Source: Eledone cirrhosa
Lineage: Eukaryota
Assembly: GCA_964016885.1 (NCBI GenBank)
Contig: OZ024742.1
Span: 113,522,001-113,586,000 of the forward strand
Direction of reading: 5' to 3'
DNA: 64,000 nucleotides
Within the stretch, counting starts at the first letter, position 1. Every line of letters begins with the position of its first letter. Below the pieces are notes generated by a model, which was not told the origin of the DNA, made no database searches, and saw only the letters and a list, made by a program, of their open reading frames with translations. Made by a program: the position numbers and the translations under genes. Shown here one piece after another: positions 1 to 15,129 of the stretch.

Positions 1-775
1 ATTAATAATTATCTCCACTCCAGGCACAAGTCCAGCAATAACCCAGTGCATTACAATAATACAATATACTTTTTTGCTGTAGTTGCCTGTTATTTTTGTT
101 GGCTATGTCGGTGGTGGTGCCGGGGCTTTTTATATTGTTGGTGAGGAAGGGGTGAGCCAGCATTTCCATAGTTGTTGATGTTGACGTTTGGCCGGTGGCC
201 AGGTCACTAAGTCAATCTATTTATATCTTTTGCTAGCCTCTCCCTTGTCTAGTGATACCGCCACCTTCCCCTTTCTCTCTCAAGTTAACAGGGGAATAGT
301 GTTGGTAGCAATGAAGGAGTGGTGGCGGCGGCGATGGGATAGTGGTATCAAGATGATGGATGGGGTGGTTGCGGCGGTGGCGTTGTGCTTACTGGGTTTT
401 GTGATATGTAGTATCTATGAGTTTGTGTTCGTATGTTTAATATATATTGTGTTGACATATTCCCGTAAAATTGGGATTAAACATTTTGTTAAAATTTGAG
501 ACAATAATAATAGTAATTATTATTATCATTCCGGGATTGATGGTGGTGGTGGTGAAATTGCCGTTATCTGGCTGTTATATTTAGTGTGATGGGATAGGTG
601 ATGTATCAACTTTCTGGCGTTGGTGAAATTGCTGTTATGTGGCTGTTCTATATAGTGTAGAAAGAGGGTGTTTTCTTCCATTCATAACCATTTTCTTTTT
701 TTGAATACAAAATATATAATATAAAATTGAATATTTGAGCGATATAACAATATAATATGGATCCGAAATTGTATG
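1..775 (-). repeat. Dispersed repeat copy (unclassified), homologous in reverse orientation to ~60105-60900
   Basis: Reverse complement of 630-775 (..ttcggatccatattatattgttatatcgctcaaatattc..gaaaatggttatgaatggaagaa..ctacactatatagaacagc) aligns with 60108-60270; rc of 300-350 (ccactatcccatcgccgccgccaccactccttca) aligns with 60380-60425. Confidence 0.7.
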
Positions 776-789
776 GGACTTCATTCGGT

Positions 790-2640
790 GGATTATGCAC
801 TCAGTTAATGTATGAACAATCTGTACAAGTCAATCAATATCTTCATAGGATTTCCCATACATTTTTAGGTCATCCAGGTGGTTTTATTTTTAAACAGCGG
901 GAGGTTTTATTGTTAAAACTCACGTCCTCCCCACTCATAACCAGTTTTTGACCTTCTCAACATCAATGAAAATAGAACCATACACAGTACAAGTAGCCAA
1001 GGTGAACTATTGTCTCCCTGAAATATTCCTCTCTGATATTCACATCTCCCAATGTTTGTCTACGTGATGTCAGTTTAGTCTTCCAACCACACATACTGCT
1101 CACCAGAAACTGTCTAGCGTTAGCTGCAATATCAAACATTTTCAAACATTCTACTATCCAGTCATGTGGCTTCATGTTGTAAGCCTTGCGGTAATCGATC
1201 CAGGCCATGGCAAGATTTGTGTTTCACTTTACAATCATTAATGATCGCTTTATCAATCAACAAATGATCCATTGTCTCCCTATTTCTTTTGCCAACATAT
1301 CTTCTCCATTCAAAATCTTATGCAGTTGCTCATAAATTCACCCATGAAGGTCCCTAGGCTCCTCACCAAGTTGGCACACCGCCTACGCTGGGAGGTTTGC
1401 AGTTTGGCAAATTTCTACACTGGATAGTTAATATATCAGCCGTTAACTCCAATGTTTCCTTATCATTATCCCGAAAGTCATTTGTTATGCTAGTCAACCG
1501 CTCTTCACTTCTATTAAGCTCATTTCCTACACTCCAGATATCATTCCAAAACTTCTTACTTTCATTCACATCAGGAATTACATCATCATTCCTAAAAATG
1601 CCATTTACCTCCTGATAGAATCGCATGTGATTTTGTTGGAAACGTAAAAACTGTTTATGCTGCGTGATCCATTCATACCTCTTAATCTTTGCAGCTTTGG
1701 CAACTATCTTTTTGTTTCAGCCCCTCTATTACCGTGGTATTCTTCTTTCTCCCAGAATTCCCTGTACCTTTTTCAACTTTCACTTTTTGCCTTAAATTTA
1801 CCTATTTTGTTCCCTTTTCAGAATATTAATAACTTCCTGAGCATTTTGATGTGCTCTTCAATTCTCATTCTCCAACATGGTTCATTGATCTGCTTTAGTG
1901 TTATATCTAACTATTTAGCAATGTAGATATTTCCAGTGCTGAGTAAATTGCTGGCACTATGTCAACTATATTGTTTACTTTGTTAGGTATTTCTTTACCT
2001 GACATTTCCTTTTATTATTTCTGTTTATTACTGCCTCCTGTTATGGATTTATATAATATATCAGAAATGATCTGTCTGTATTTTTCTGATAAATCCTTCA
2101 GTTCATCAAAGTTAATGTGACCTCTCGCAAAATCTCGAACATTCAGTTCCTCTTCGTCCTGTGGAATTATACATACTCTCATATCTATTTGAATCACTAA
2201 AGTTCTGAGATTCTATATCCTTTTCTTTATCATTTCAATCACACAATCAGATAGCCATCTGTTTCTGACTATTTCTTTTGCCTGATCACAAATCATCTGT
2301 TCAGTAAATTCAAAGAGCCCCATCTCCTGCCATACTCGTAACATCCTTTGTCTATATCCTCTGGTTGGCAACCATTTTCAGTGACAGAACTACTTCTAAA
2401 ATAACACTCAATGGCAGCATTGCTTACTTCCTTACTCCACTTCATTCTAGCAGTGTCATGATGACGACACCTTCTGTGCTGCTCGACCACAGTGTACTTG
2501 CCGGGCGAGGCACATTCACTAGTAGCTTCACAACCATTCACGTATTTGTGTAAACGAATATTTTGATTCATTTCACTCATTGGTTTTCGTTGTTTTATTG
2601 TTCCACTAGGAACAATTTTTTTTGTTTTAGACACCATCTC
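790..2640 (-). mobile_element. Degenerate R4/Dong-like non-LTR retrotransposon (N-terminus to RT motif C; 3' part lost)
   Basis: Fragments MAWIDYRKAYNMKPHDWIVECL (963-1208), KKFWNDIWS..LPNCKPP (1363-1626), MKWSKEVSNAAIECYFRS (2293-2637) and HLDDLKMYGKS near 850-890 are colinear with the better-preserved copy at 61362-64000; many stops and frameshifts. Confidence 0.85.
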
Positions 2641-5444
2641 CAGAGGGTGTTATAAAGGGCATTAAGGTCCCTTAAACCTTAACATTGAAGTGAGCTATAC
2701 TGTGCTGGTCACCAGTCCAGTATGTTTCACTCCGCAGTTATTATTTTTAACATTATTATTTAAAATATTCAAGTTTCACTTGAAAAGGAAAATTAGTGTG
2801 GACAGGGAAGTGTTGCTTTCCAGCAAATTTGTTGAAAGATGAGAGAGAGGGGCAATAATGGCTCACGCGAATGGGCCTTCCCGGAGCGTGGGTCTGTAGG
2901 AGTCAAGCAAGACAACTGAGAGGGCGCTTGCCCTAGTGGTTATGGTGACCGTTGCTTTTGTGGGCTTCGTACACGAGTAATCCTTGGAGTTTCATTTGGA
3001 GTATATGTTATGATTGTTTTATAAAATGATTATTTTCTTAATCTCAGTTATACAGTATTATTCTACACAAAAAAACAACACTATATCGTCCTGGACTAAC
3101 CTTAATATCTCCTTACTCTGAGTCATTTTTGGCTAGTAAATAAATCATTATTATTGTTATCGTCATTCATTTTCCTTTTCCTTTAGTATTGTTGCCTTTA
3201 TTTTATTATTATTATCATTATAATTATTATTAGCTATACCATGCTATAAAGACTATTGAAATTATTAACATTTAAATGCAGAAAATATTGTCTGAATCTT
3301 CAAATTTCATATATCAGTTACCTGTACGTAAGCTCGTACTCCTAACTATACTTGTGCCAGCTGTGCACATTTTTAGCAAGGTTTTTGCTCACAAGATATG
3401 ATGCATGGATGTCAGTTTGTTTATGTATATTCATGAAAGTGTCTTTGAATCATGATATTTGTATTGCTACACTGTTGCCTCAAAAGCTTTAATGGATTTA
3501 TTTCAACTGTTTCTGACGGCTAGTTTGGAATTCATGAGGCATTTACTTTGCCAATTTCGTTTTCAGAAGGTTTAACATTATTATCTACACATTCTAGGAA
3601 ATGCAACTGTTTCTAGCGCTGGTGCAAACATATACATTTATTTTCTCCTCATATATATTTTCTGGAAATAATGCTTGTCACTAAGTTTAGAGCAAGTGTT
3701 TTGTTGTCCTTGTCGTTACGCCTATCAACAGCCTCTCATCAGGTCTCTCAATTTTGTGATGGATTTAAAATCTAATTAATTTGAATCATATGTAGGAGTT
3801 TTATGGCAATAATACATTCATCTCGATAACTGTTGTTGTCTGATAATCTTGGCTGTCACAAACGTTAGTTCCATTTCATGACACAGCTGATTATCAATTG
3901 TCTTCTCACAGCTAATTCATTTTTAGATTGTTGAATCTTATATATATTGTTCTTGAGTTGATTTGAGTACCATAGATGCCGTATGAATGTGATTAAGATG
4001 TAGAACGAAAGGGTGCCTCACATGTATATGTCATACATGTATATGTCATACATTGTAAAATAGTGTCAGTCATTAAGTTTATGTTGATATACGTCAATTT
4101 TATACAAAGTTGCCAGTCATATTTGTTTCCTTTTTTGTGTGTAATTGTTTCTCACTTGAATTGTTGTATTAGATGCATAGATCAATGAAACGGTCATCGA
4201 TTATTTTAATATTAAATGTCTGAATATCGCAAAACTATATTCATCATCACTATCGATCATGAGTAAAACTTTTACATCTTAGATGATTATACATGAAAAA
4301 CATTATGAGTTTTCTTGCATTTATTTCTTACAGACAATTTGTAGGAAATATGAAATGCATATTCCATTTTGTTTACATGTTATATTATTTTTCTTAAACT
4401 AAGATAGCTAATGCGTATTTCCAATTGTCATATTATTGCTTGATTAAATGTTTAATCATACGAATGAGTAGAACATGGTCTACATCTCTCATTGTATGCA
4501 TGTGTGTCTATAGTTATAGACACTCACAAATAGATAAAACGTTGTCTTCTGTATAGTTAGTTGTTACTAGTTAACTCATCATCACATAGAAGAACAAAAA
4601 GAATTCCGAAGTGCCACTGAATCACAATTGTGTGAAACGATCAATTTTACAATACAATAACGTATACTTTCTTTCAAATATTGTGTATATTTTCCTATTG
4701 CTTGAAGACAGATAACTTTCTTTAGACGATTCACATGTCCATCGGCTGCCTCATATATAAAGTGCTAAACGTATGAATCTTCATCAATAAGACATGAATG
4801 AAAACATTACTCAGAATTGCTAAAAGGCTCGACAATTCTTATTTTGTAAATCGATGGTACAAAACATTTCTAAAAATTTCAGAAAAATCTCCAAACATTT
4901 TCACATTTCTTATATCATATTTAATCACTGGTTAGTTAAATTAAGCTTTACATGTTTCAAAGAAAACAATTACATCATAAAACATGCTTCTTAACATGAG
5001 TCATTATGGTTATTCTGTGAATAAAACAACAGCACACATTAAACATCTCATACTTTAAACAGCCACAATATTTTTCTTTTGAAATCTTAGAAATGACGGT
5101 CGCATTGAATTATTTTGAAAATGATAATGTATAACTTAACAAAAGAAAGTGTGCGATTAACAAAACTCTAAATACTTGGATTTCATTAATGTTAGATCGA
5201 AACTCATGAACAATACAATAATCTTCTTATGTTGAATTCGCCACGTTAAAGTTTCAAATAGTCCTACGTGGAGAGAACCTCCTTACTTAATCACAATACG
5301 TTAAGGTATCTGAATAACGCATTTGCATTTAATATTTAGAAGGCTTTCATATATATTTTCCTTAAGTGCATTTCTATCAATCTTTCAAACTGAATTTTAT
5401 GTATTATTAGGGTCGGAAACCATGCATTGAAGTATAGAGTTACG

Positions 5445-5572
5445 TCCCTTTATGATCTGAGTTGACATCCCACCGAGTTTAACTTTGCCTTTCATCCTTA
5501 CGGGGTCGATAAAATAAAGTACCAGTAATGTACTAGGTATTTGCTGGCCTTGTGCCAAAAATAGAAACAACT
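5445..5572 (+). mobile_element. SINE fragment (same family as 42776-42968)
   Basis: gcctttcatccttacggggtcgataaaataaagtaccag...ttgctggccttgtgccaaaa shared with the 42776 copy; resembles the MetaSINE-type central domain (from memory). Confidence 0.7.
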
Positions 5573-5699
5573 GTTATGCCTATACCTGAGGGTATCCTTA
5601 TATATGTATAGAAATATGTATAGAATCTATATGTGCATGTTTCTATAAATTTTTAAAGGATTGTGTATATATCTGTATATGTATGTGTAACAGCAGGTG

Positions 5700-6051
<352 letters not shown>

Positions 6052-6414
6052 AGTGTGTGTGTACATGCTTTTTGAATTTCTTTTGCAACATATCTAATCT
6101 GAAAACATATGATGAAACTTATATTTTTTTATAATTTGGAAGGGTCTTGCTGCTAATAAAAACACACGCAACTGTAGGTTTTCACTTCAGTCTATCATAA
6201 TTTCCTGTTGGTTGGTTCATTATCCAGATGGTTGTTGCAATATTGTCAAAGCTCTTTCGTCACACATTCTGAGACCTGTTCAGTGATGGATTTCTTAATC
6301 AGTGTCTCTCATTTTTTCTGGCCTACACCACCTTGTTTTTTCTGCGGTCTGTGCTGTGTATATAGTTTCCTTATGCGGTACATCCGGGTGCGTGTGGATT
6401 TTTAATTAATTATT

Positions 6415-6900
6415 AATGAAAAGCTTTTGATATGGTCGACCATCGATATCTAGAGCGTTTCCTTAAGGCTTCGCTTCCGCGTCTCCAGAGTCTGGATCAT
6501 TGCAATTCACTGGGGTATCTGCTCAGTTGACAAAGTTAATGGGCACCTTTCCGAAACCTTTGTTTCGGACGAGATCTCCAGGTGGAGAAGAATTGGGACG
6601 AGGCTACGATCAGGGTGGCAACTCTCACCCACAAATGAGCCGAGAGGAAGCTGCCTCTGAAACGTCTGGCTGAGGTAGCGAACGCGTGCATCACGTCCAT
6701 CCTCTGCTGCTTCTGAATCTTGCCAAAAAGGGTCGGCTCCTCCGCAAGTTATTGTGTACGGGACACATTCCGTTGTTAAAGCTGTCCATCTGCTGCTAAC
6801 ACACTCTACGTGGAGTGCTGGGCATTCCGTAGCTAATGATAAGCAAACATACAACGTTGCTTGCGCATCTCCAGATATTCTGCCTAAACGAGGAACAGGA
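6415..6900 (+). mobile_element. Highly decayed L1/Tx1-like RT fragment
   Basis: aaagcttttgatatggtcgaccatcgatatctagag translates KAFDMVDHRYLE, matching KAFDKVDHRYLE of the 9800-10925 element; followed by KVNGHLSE (cf. KVNGYLSE). Confidence 0.6.
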
Positions 6901-8005
6901 GTGGTTGTCGTTTGTCACATCGTCTTTTCACATCTCATCTTTTTGACTAAGCTGCAGTTCTGGTTAATATTAGATTATTATATTTGCCATCACAACATAC
7001 CTAATGGTATATATCACTGTTGGCCCTACAAGAGTTCCTATTAATTAATATATTAGATTATATACAACGTGTTAGACTATAGTATCCGTATGTGTGGAAT
7101 ATAACATTAAATGTGTGAGACGGTAACCAACGAGAAAAAAGGAACTACCATCATCTGATTGCACTGTAAATAGTAAACGTAGGTTAATGAACCTATAACA
7201 TAATCCCTAGTATAAATGTATATTTTATAGATAAACATCTCCAGTAAATCTTTATATTTAAAAGGACAAGCTTCTGCTCTGTTTGAAATACTGCCAAATT
7301 TAGGAAAGATCATGCGTATATAACGTACACACTGTGAGATAAAAATAAGTGTTAGCAATTTGATGGTTTGTGCTTTTGTTCGTTCAGTGGAATTTTGTAT
7401 TTAAAAGGAATATCGGCTTAAACATTCATAATGTAAAACACATTCTGTGTGTTCAGCTGTTTGGATGTAGAAATTTTATATTTGACTAACAGTGAATGGA
7501 TACAATTCACAAATATATATTATTGACACTTTCCTAAATGTCATCAAACTATGAACAATCAAAGGAATAACCCATTGGTTTTTCATTGGTTCTACTTGAA
7601 ATAGAAATCCATGTTTCACAAATCTCCGGAAAGATTATAAACAAGGAAGGTGACATGGAATAGTGCATGTATAGGTAAACAAGGAGGGAATAATTCAATG
7701 ATTACGTTGGGTAATTCGCTCAATGTATTCATTCTATACAAGTGATTTTTTTAACAATTCCATATTTTATGTTAAAGAAAACAACAACAAGTCGATATGT
7801 TAGTAGATATAGTAAAAAGGGCTTATCTCGAATGTCATATCAAGCAATTAGTGAGATCAGAATGTATTACCGACGGAAGGAAGCAATTTTAAAAATCTGA
7901 AATTAAGATTGTGATAATGTCGACCTCAGCTCATGTGCCGAAACCTATTATATTAAAAGTGTATGAATCAAAAATTAGTAAAACCATACATATTCACCAA
8001 TGTAC

Positions 8006-8112
<107 letters not shown>

Positions 8113-9799
8113 TAGATATATATATATACGTGATCATATATCATAGATAAGATTTATTAAATACGACTCTGTCAAATTAGTTGCTTCTGTGACTTTGAAC
8201 AATGTTGATGCTATCAACTCTCTCGCAAGAGAGATCGATGTATTTTTTAATTTCATTTATTTTCATTTTATTACACCCTCCAGTAATCAAATGCTATTCT
8301 CTAATTTCAGGCAAACATTTATTAATTTAGTGTTGATTATTTCCTTCCTATTATTGCCCACATTTGTTAATTGATAATTTATGAGAATGCGTGAAACCGA
8401 ATGGCTATTCACCATTAAAAGACACTCATATTTGAAATAAATTGTTTTAATAAAGTCATTCTTATATAACGTTGTGAATCACATTATGTCTACAGTTCTG
8501 TGGGTATATAATATACACTCACAGACCCACACGCTTACATACACACACACACCTAGAAATACATACTTCAATTTATAACGTAACTTATGTTTAGATATTC
8601 ACTGCTTTATGTTAAATACCTTTTACATTCTTTAAAGATATTGTGATATTACTCTACTTATATTCGTTATCTTCTGTCACGCGTTTCCTGGATTCCGTAT
8701 CTTATCTGCCATAGTAAACCATCAATATACCAGAGTCGAAATACATTATATACAGTGTTTAACCATGAGTATTGTAAAACATATGTATCATAAGGTCCAA
8801 TGTTCTAGTCACTTCGAACTCAAGAGGCATTCTCTGACTAATGGATTGGGGTGATTAATATACTTCAAATCAAAACATAAATATCTTTTTTTCACGAAAT
8901 ACGCCTGAAACCCTTTTGTGTCTCTTCATCTCCTGACAATCAACATCTCAATAATTACAATGCAACGGTGCATATTACAATATATCTTAAGTTTTATTGT
9001 CTCACCAGAAATCATAAAACACATTCGTATATATGTCGACAAAGACAAGGTAAGATTGAATTAAATTTGCATAATATTTGAATTTGTTATACGCTTTCAT
9101 TATAAAATTACATTGCATAAATTCATGAGATTAAAGAATCATTAAACAATTTCTCCAGAATATTAAACATACAAATGCAATCGAACACTTCATATACCAT
9201 CATTTAGGATTAATATCAAGCAATAAAAACAATAGGCCCTCACAAATAGAGAAGCAAAAACGGGATTGATAAAATAGATATATGAGAGAATAGAGAAAAC
9301 ATTATGAAGGAATATAGAGAGCTAGTGACATAAGGGAATATAAATGTCATCATATATAGAACTTGGTAGAATGACGTAGATGGACGTGGATGATTCATTC
9401 ACTATTTATTAAGAAAAAAACTAAGCTAAATATTGTATCATATATAAGAAAATTCTTTTCGTGTTTCTCGTGTGCTGGAATATAGCCCACCTCCCATTAG
9501 GACACACTTTCTTTGTCATGAATTGAAAATACATGAGCTGCGTAATTCTAAAAAAGATGTTTTTTTTTATCTACTGAATATAATTCGAGCTTAATTTAAC
9601 AAAGAAATTCGACCCCACCTTTTAGTGCAATGCGTATCATATTAGCGTAACAGTTTATAGCTAATAACTATATATGTAGATAAAAGCTATACGTTGCCTT
9701 GATATATGTCAGATTCAGCATGTGAACGCTTAAATGCAGTACTCAGGGAGATTCAGCATATGTGCAATTAAATGTAATTCTCAGGTTGATATATATTCT

Positions 9800-10925
9800 G
9801 GGTGAGCGCAAATACATTGGCCGGCAGGTCGTACCGGTTTTCCTCCACCTGGAGGTCCGGAGATTCCGTCCAGCATCAGACGACGATGTCGGACGGCATC
9901 GGTTTGCCTCTCCACGTTCCGAGTTGCAAACCAACAGCTTTGTCCGGGTTGAGTTTTGCTTCTGTAAGCCTTTCGTATTCCTGCAGTAAGTTGCAGATCG
10001 CCCCGATTCCCGAGGTTTTCGACATCACAACTGTCACGTCGTCGGCATAAGCCGACACCGCTTTTTGCAGTCCCGGTTCTAACGGGATGCCCTGCAAAAG
10101 CTCCAACTTCCACAGTAGTGGCTCCAGATTCAATACGTACGGAGTGGAGGAAATAGAGCATCCCTTTCGGATGGACGTGTGATTGGGAACGGCTCCGATA
10201 GGTAGCCGTTCACCTTGACTGTCGATAACATGTTGGTATGCATGGCCGTGATACAGCCTCTGAAGACGGGTCCGAAACCGACCGCCTTGAGAACTGCTTC
10301 CAAGTATCGATGGTCGACCTTATCAAACGCCTTAGACTGATCTATATTGATCAGAGACCCACCGAAGCCAGGTATACACCCACCCTCTCTATGATGTATC
10401 ACATGAGGTGGAGGTTGTCGTGTATGGACCTGGTTATAATTGCACACGTTTGAGCTTTTCTCAACAAGTTCTCGACGACAAGCGCCAGCCTCGCTGATAA
10501 AAACCTAGGACAACATGTTAAACTCTGTGTTTAGGAGAGTTATGGCCCTGAAGTTACATATCTCGTCCCCCTTGTTCTCATCTCTCCTGATCAGCGTTAC
10601 GACGCCCCTACCTACAGAACTGTGAATTCCCCCTTTCTGCTGCCAGTTGCAGAAGACGGCTTCGAGAACACCACAGAACAAGTCCGGCATGCCTATTTAG
10701 AATTCATCGAGTAGACCATCTAGACAGGGTGATTTGCCTTTCCCGCAGCGGCCTAGAACCGTATCTCATTGGCTGTGATCGGTCTTTTGCAGAACTTGGA
10801 GTCCATGTTGACAGATATGGTAGGCCGTTGATGTATGAACCGAAGTCCATTGCCTCGTTCGGCGCACCTTTCTGCTCGAGCAGTTGCGCAAAGTGGTGCT
10901 GAAAGGCCGTGCACATCTGCTGGAA
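9800..10925 (-). mobile_element. L1/Tx1-clade non-LTR retrotransposon RT fragment (pseudogene)
   Basis: GKSPCLDG, FRAITLLNTEF, IDQSKAFDKVDHRYL, KVNGYLSEPFPITR, VSAYADDVTV, AKLNPDK motifs in order across frameshifted ORFs; GC-rich island. Confidence 0.85.
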
Positions 10926-11508
10926 TCAAGATAGATAGACAGACTGATAGATAGATTGATAAGCACACCATTCACTCGCTCAGTTTCCTTGAAGAAAAAA
11001 AATGTTAAGCGAGGCTCGATGCAATTTAGTCACACAAAATATTAAACAAATGTTGCACTCTTATGTATTTCAGTTAACAAGAATACCCCACTCACCACAA
11101 ATCCCACTCCCACTTTGTCACTCTCCATTTATTATGATTTTCTCTATGTTGGTCATTATCTATCTGTATTTTCCTTCTATCTCTTCTTATTTTGTATGTT
11201 CCCTTTGATACACACTTGAACAACTTCGTATTTCTGAGACACAATGCATCTAACAAGATGCAAATTACTAAATTATTCCTGATTATTACATGAACGATTT
11301 TATTAATATAAATACCATTGTCAGCACTAAACAATACATGATCTCATAAAATTAACAATATATATAATAAATTACATAACGAAATTGTACGTGACTAGCA
11401 CTAATATAGACAACATATTTTACACACATAAAGAAACACGCATACACGCACGCACACACACATACCCCCTACACACATATATATGTATATCTCTATATAT
11501 ACATGTGG

Positions 11509-11540
<32 letters not shown>

Positions 11541-12039
11541 ATGTGTGTAGCTAGACGGTATTAGTGTCATATTAGCTAGTTACAAGTTTGTGTTGGTGTC
11601 AAAATGTGGAAAATGGTACATCATTTATATAATTTACTAAATATTCAGATATATATGTTAAAATTGAAATAATTTTGTGTACTCAGTCGCGTGCCTTCAT
11701 GCGTAGATGTATCTATCAGCCTTAATTATATGGCTATAAATTATGTGTTAGAGTGTGCTTAATTATTTGTTATGCATGTGAGAGTGTGTGTATGCGTGTC
11801 TTTAATATCAGCCCAAGAGTGTGTAATGCATCCTCTATTGATTTCCACAATGAACATATAAATATTTGATTAATAGGTAGTTTAAAATTATAAACGACTA
11901 TGTTAAACCTCATCAATAATGTTCCCAAACTGGTGCAGATATTGTAGGAGAGTCGCTCAAGACGCTTTCGTAGTGAACCGATTCAACTGGCTTTATTTTC
12001 CGTCGGTGTTCTGACTAGTCGTGTCTTTGATTTTATTGG

Positions 12040-12215
12040 ATCAGAATTTCCTCTTCGCCATGCGTAGACAAATATTTGTGGTTGAATATGTTACAATACC
12101 AGGCAAGCTTCCGCCTTTTCACCATCGCAAGTAGCGTTCCCTCTCTGCCAGAATATTCGTTAACATGCTGTTTGAAAAAGCTGTGTGTTCTTGCTCCGTA
12201 TATTGGAATGTAATA
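12040..12215 (-). mobile_element. LINE (RTE-like) ORF2 C-terminal fragment
   Basis: TLLAMVKRRKLAWYCNI resembles the xKRRKLxWFGH C-terminal motif of RTE-type LINEs. Confidence 0.5.
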
Positions 12216-12555
12216 CATATCTGATGCACTTGTGCTCAACTTACTCGAATTAGTCTGTTCGCTAGCCGTTTGTGAAACAAAGGCTGTTTGTGTCTCCCTA
12301 TTTATATACATATATAAACCTGATATGATTATATAGATTCGAATTGAATGGAAGTAAGCATGGATGGCGTGTTGGTGAAATGGTAACACATTGATCCATG
12401 AAACCAAACATGAGGCTTATTGTCCCATTTATGTCCATACTTATACTTTTTTTCAATTCAGACGGTTTTTAAAATCCAAGCTAACAGAATACTTCTATGT
12501 AGTCAAATAGCGCATGTTACTCCCTAACACACACACACACACGCGCACACACACA

Positions 12556-12588
<33 letters not shown>

Positions 12589-12589
12589 C

Positions 12590-12637
<48 letters not shown>

Positions 12638-12891
12638 TATAAATGAAAGTACAGCATATTCGAAGTTCGGGCAGCAGCTAAGTCAACAAATGCCTTCAGC
12701 AGTGCAGCCAAGCACTCGGCAAGTTATGGACGTCAGAGTAATAACATACAGTTTAAAGGGCTTTGCAAATTGAAGATAGCACCCACTAATTCAGCTGCGT
12801 GATCTGTAGCAACGAAATAACTGACTCGTGAGAACAAAATACATACACATACATACACACACACACACACATACACACACACATACACACC

Positions 12892-12925
<34 letters not shown>

Positions 12926-13198
12926 AAATATGTAGTTTAGAAAGCCACAACAATGCAGATGGGAAATCTCGAGGTAAGAAGTGAGAGAGAAATAGGAGAA
13001 AAGTGAAAATAAAAATGAAAACAAAAAAAAAGGTAGATGGGTTACCGTAGAGAAGATTTAATCCAAATATTTCGGGCTCACGCCCATCAACGGAGGAAAA
13101 GTTCCAAAAGGGGGGAACAGGCTAAGCCGGAGATAGTTGTATTGTCGTTGTAACGACAATAGAACTTTCCCCCTATATATATATATATATAATTTCCT

Positions 13199-13269
<71 letters not shown>

Positions 13270-13296
13270 TCATACACACACACACACACACACATA

Positions 13297-13331
<35 letters not shown>

Positions 13332-13760
13332 CGACCAGGTTGGATGGTCTTTATTCTCTCTCGTGTACGATTTCACAGAACTTATGTTCATCGATTTCAG
13401 GGACTTGACTACTTCTTCCTCACTTTTCGTTGCATTACCATCTTTGTTTGTTTACTGTCTAGTTCTTTCCCCCTATTTACGTGTCCCAACGTTAGCCGTT
13501 GCTCGCACCAACCAGAGGTATTTGGTCTTTAAAGCGATGACATACCAATGAAGGCCGGAAGATCACTGATGAAGGACTAAATTCATTCATATGTAACCCA
13601 ATTGCAACCACGCAGCACGCCATGTTTTCATATATTTCATATATTTATATATATATTTTCCTCCGCTGTGACCCGTTTGTTTCCTTCTTACTGCTTCCCC
13701 ATTCTCTGTATCTCTCACTTTCTTTGTACCCCCTATGCCTCTCTGTTAGCCTATCCCTCC

Positions 13761-14469
13761 CACTATATAATACATTATGAAGAGAGAAGAAACATTAGAT
13801 ATAATTAGTAATAATATATGTCATACCTCAGCTGCTACTATAGTCCCCGACTACGTAGTTTCGTGGCATATTATGCAAACACACTACATCATAGAGATAT
13901 AGAGTTTTTGTGAGGTTCTGCCGACTTATCAATAGGATACCTCATTAAGGGTTTCAAAAGGCGGAGGGAAAGTTAATTAAGTGATAGAGCGGTCAAGAAA
14001 CAGAGCTAAGTCCCTTATAACCCTGAAATAAATACCACGGAGGCGGAGGGGGTATTTATATCAAAGCCGTAGAAGAGGTGGTTTGAGGAGGCAAGAAGTA
14101 ATGGTAGCTATCCAGCAGTCACTACACTTCAAAGGTTACTCGACCAAAGTGAGTTATAAACAATATATAGAGAGAAACAATATAGAGAGAGAAACTGTTT
14201 ATTGACCGCTGTATCACGTGATTGACTCTCCCTCCACCTTTTCTAGATTCTATCTCGCGCATCACAGACGTGTTTTGAAACCCTTAATGAGGTATCCTCT
14301 TGATAAGTCGGCAGAACCTCACAAAAACTCTATATCTCTATGATGTAGTGTGTTTGCATAATATGCCACCAAACTACGTAGTCGGGGACTATAGAAGCAG
14401 CTTAGGTATGATATATCTTATTACTAATTATATCTAATGTTTCTTCTCTCTTCATAATGTATTGTATAG
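13761..14469. mobile_element. Fold-back unit: ~200-bp inverted arms (13761-13960 / 14273-14469) with a hammerhead-like motif; likely PLE pseudo-LTR remnant
   Basis: Arms are near-perfect reverse complements; motif tctct-ATGATGTA-GTG..CAC-GAAA-CTACGTA-GTC-gggga (13844-13897 minus; the plus copy at 14335-14388 has CAAA). Confidence 0.75.
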
Positions 14470-15129
14470 CTCTGATACTAAATCAGTATAATCCATTCGG
14501 ATTGATTTGTCCCAGTTATTCATAGAGCAACATCGGTTGAGGTTGGTACCACTAATTCAGGAATATATGTGGTTATATTCATGTGTCCGCATGTATATGT
14601 CCGCATGTATCTGCGTGTTTCTCTCTCTCTCTCTATATATATATATATTCTTTTTTTATGTGTGTAAGTAACCAAGCCTCTTGTCTTAACTCGATATTTC
14701 GAAGTTATTACGTGACGAGGACATGCAATAACTACAGTTGCACAGTTGCTACAATATCTCATACAAATCGGACACATAGTCTTATAAACGTAACCATTCT
14801 GCTAGCGGCCGCTGCGATGTATGGAAATCGGTATATTTGTATCTGAGAGATATGGTGTTCCATTCTTCATAACGCCTGCCGCTAAATTTACCATGTGTAG
14901 GCTTCTTTACCGGATTTTTTCATAAACTAATTTATATCAATTGGCTGTAAGTGCAGTTACTCTCTACGCTTTTGCAATCTACTTCTTCTTGTTTACATAC
15001 ATGATTTAGATTGTACCGTGGTACGCTTCAGGAAAATTAAATTACAACTTCTATGATATATAGGTCTGCAAAGCTCATCATCGATCGGTCGACGGTGGAG
15101 TTGAATATCATCGAGAATTTCGTTTGTTC

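Noticed and set aside
13060-13095. Hammerhead-like UUGAUG-GGC-GUGA-GCCC-GAAAU on the minus strand
   Set aside because: Core too short and no valid stem III or cleavage triplet; likewise CTGATGAAGG at ~13566 lacks a matching GAAA
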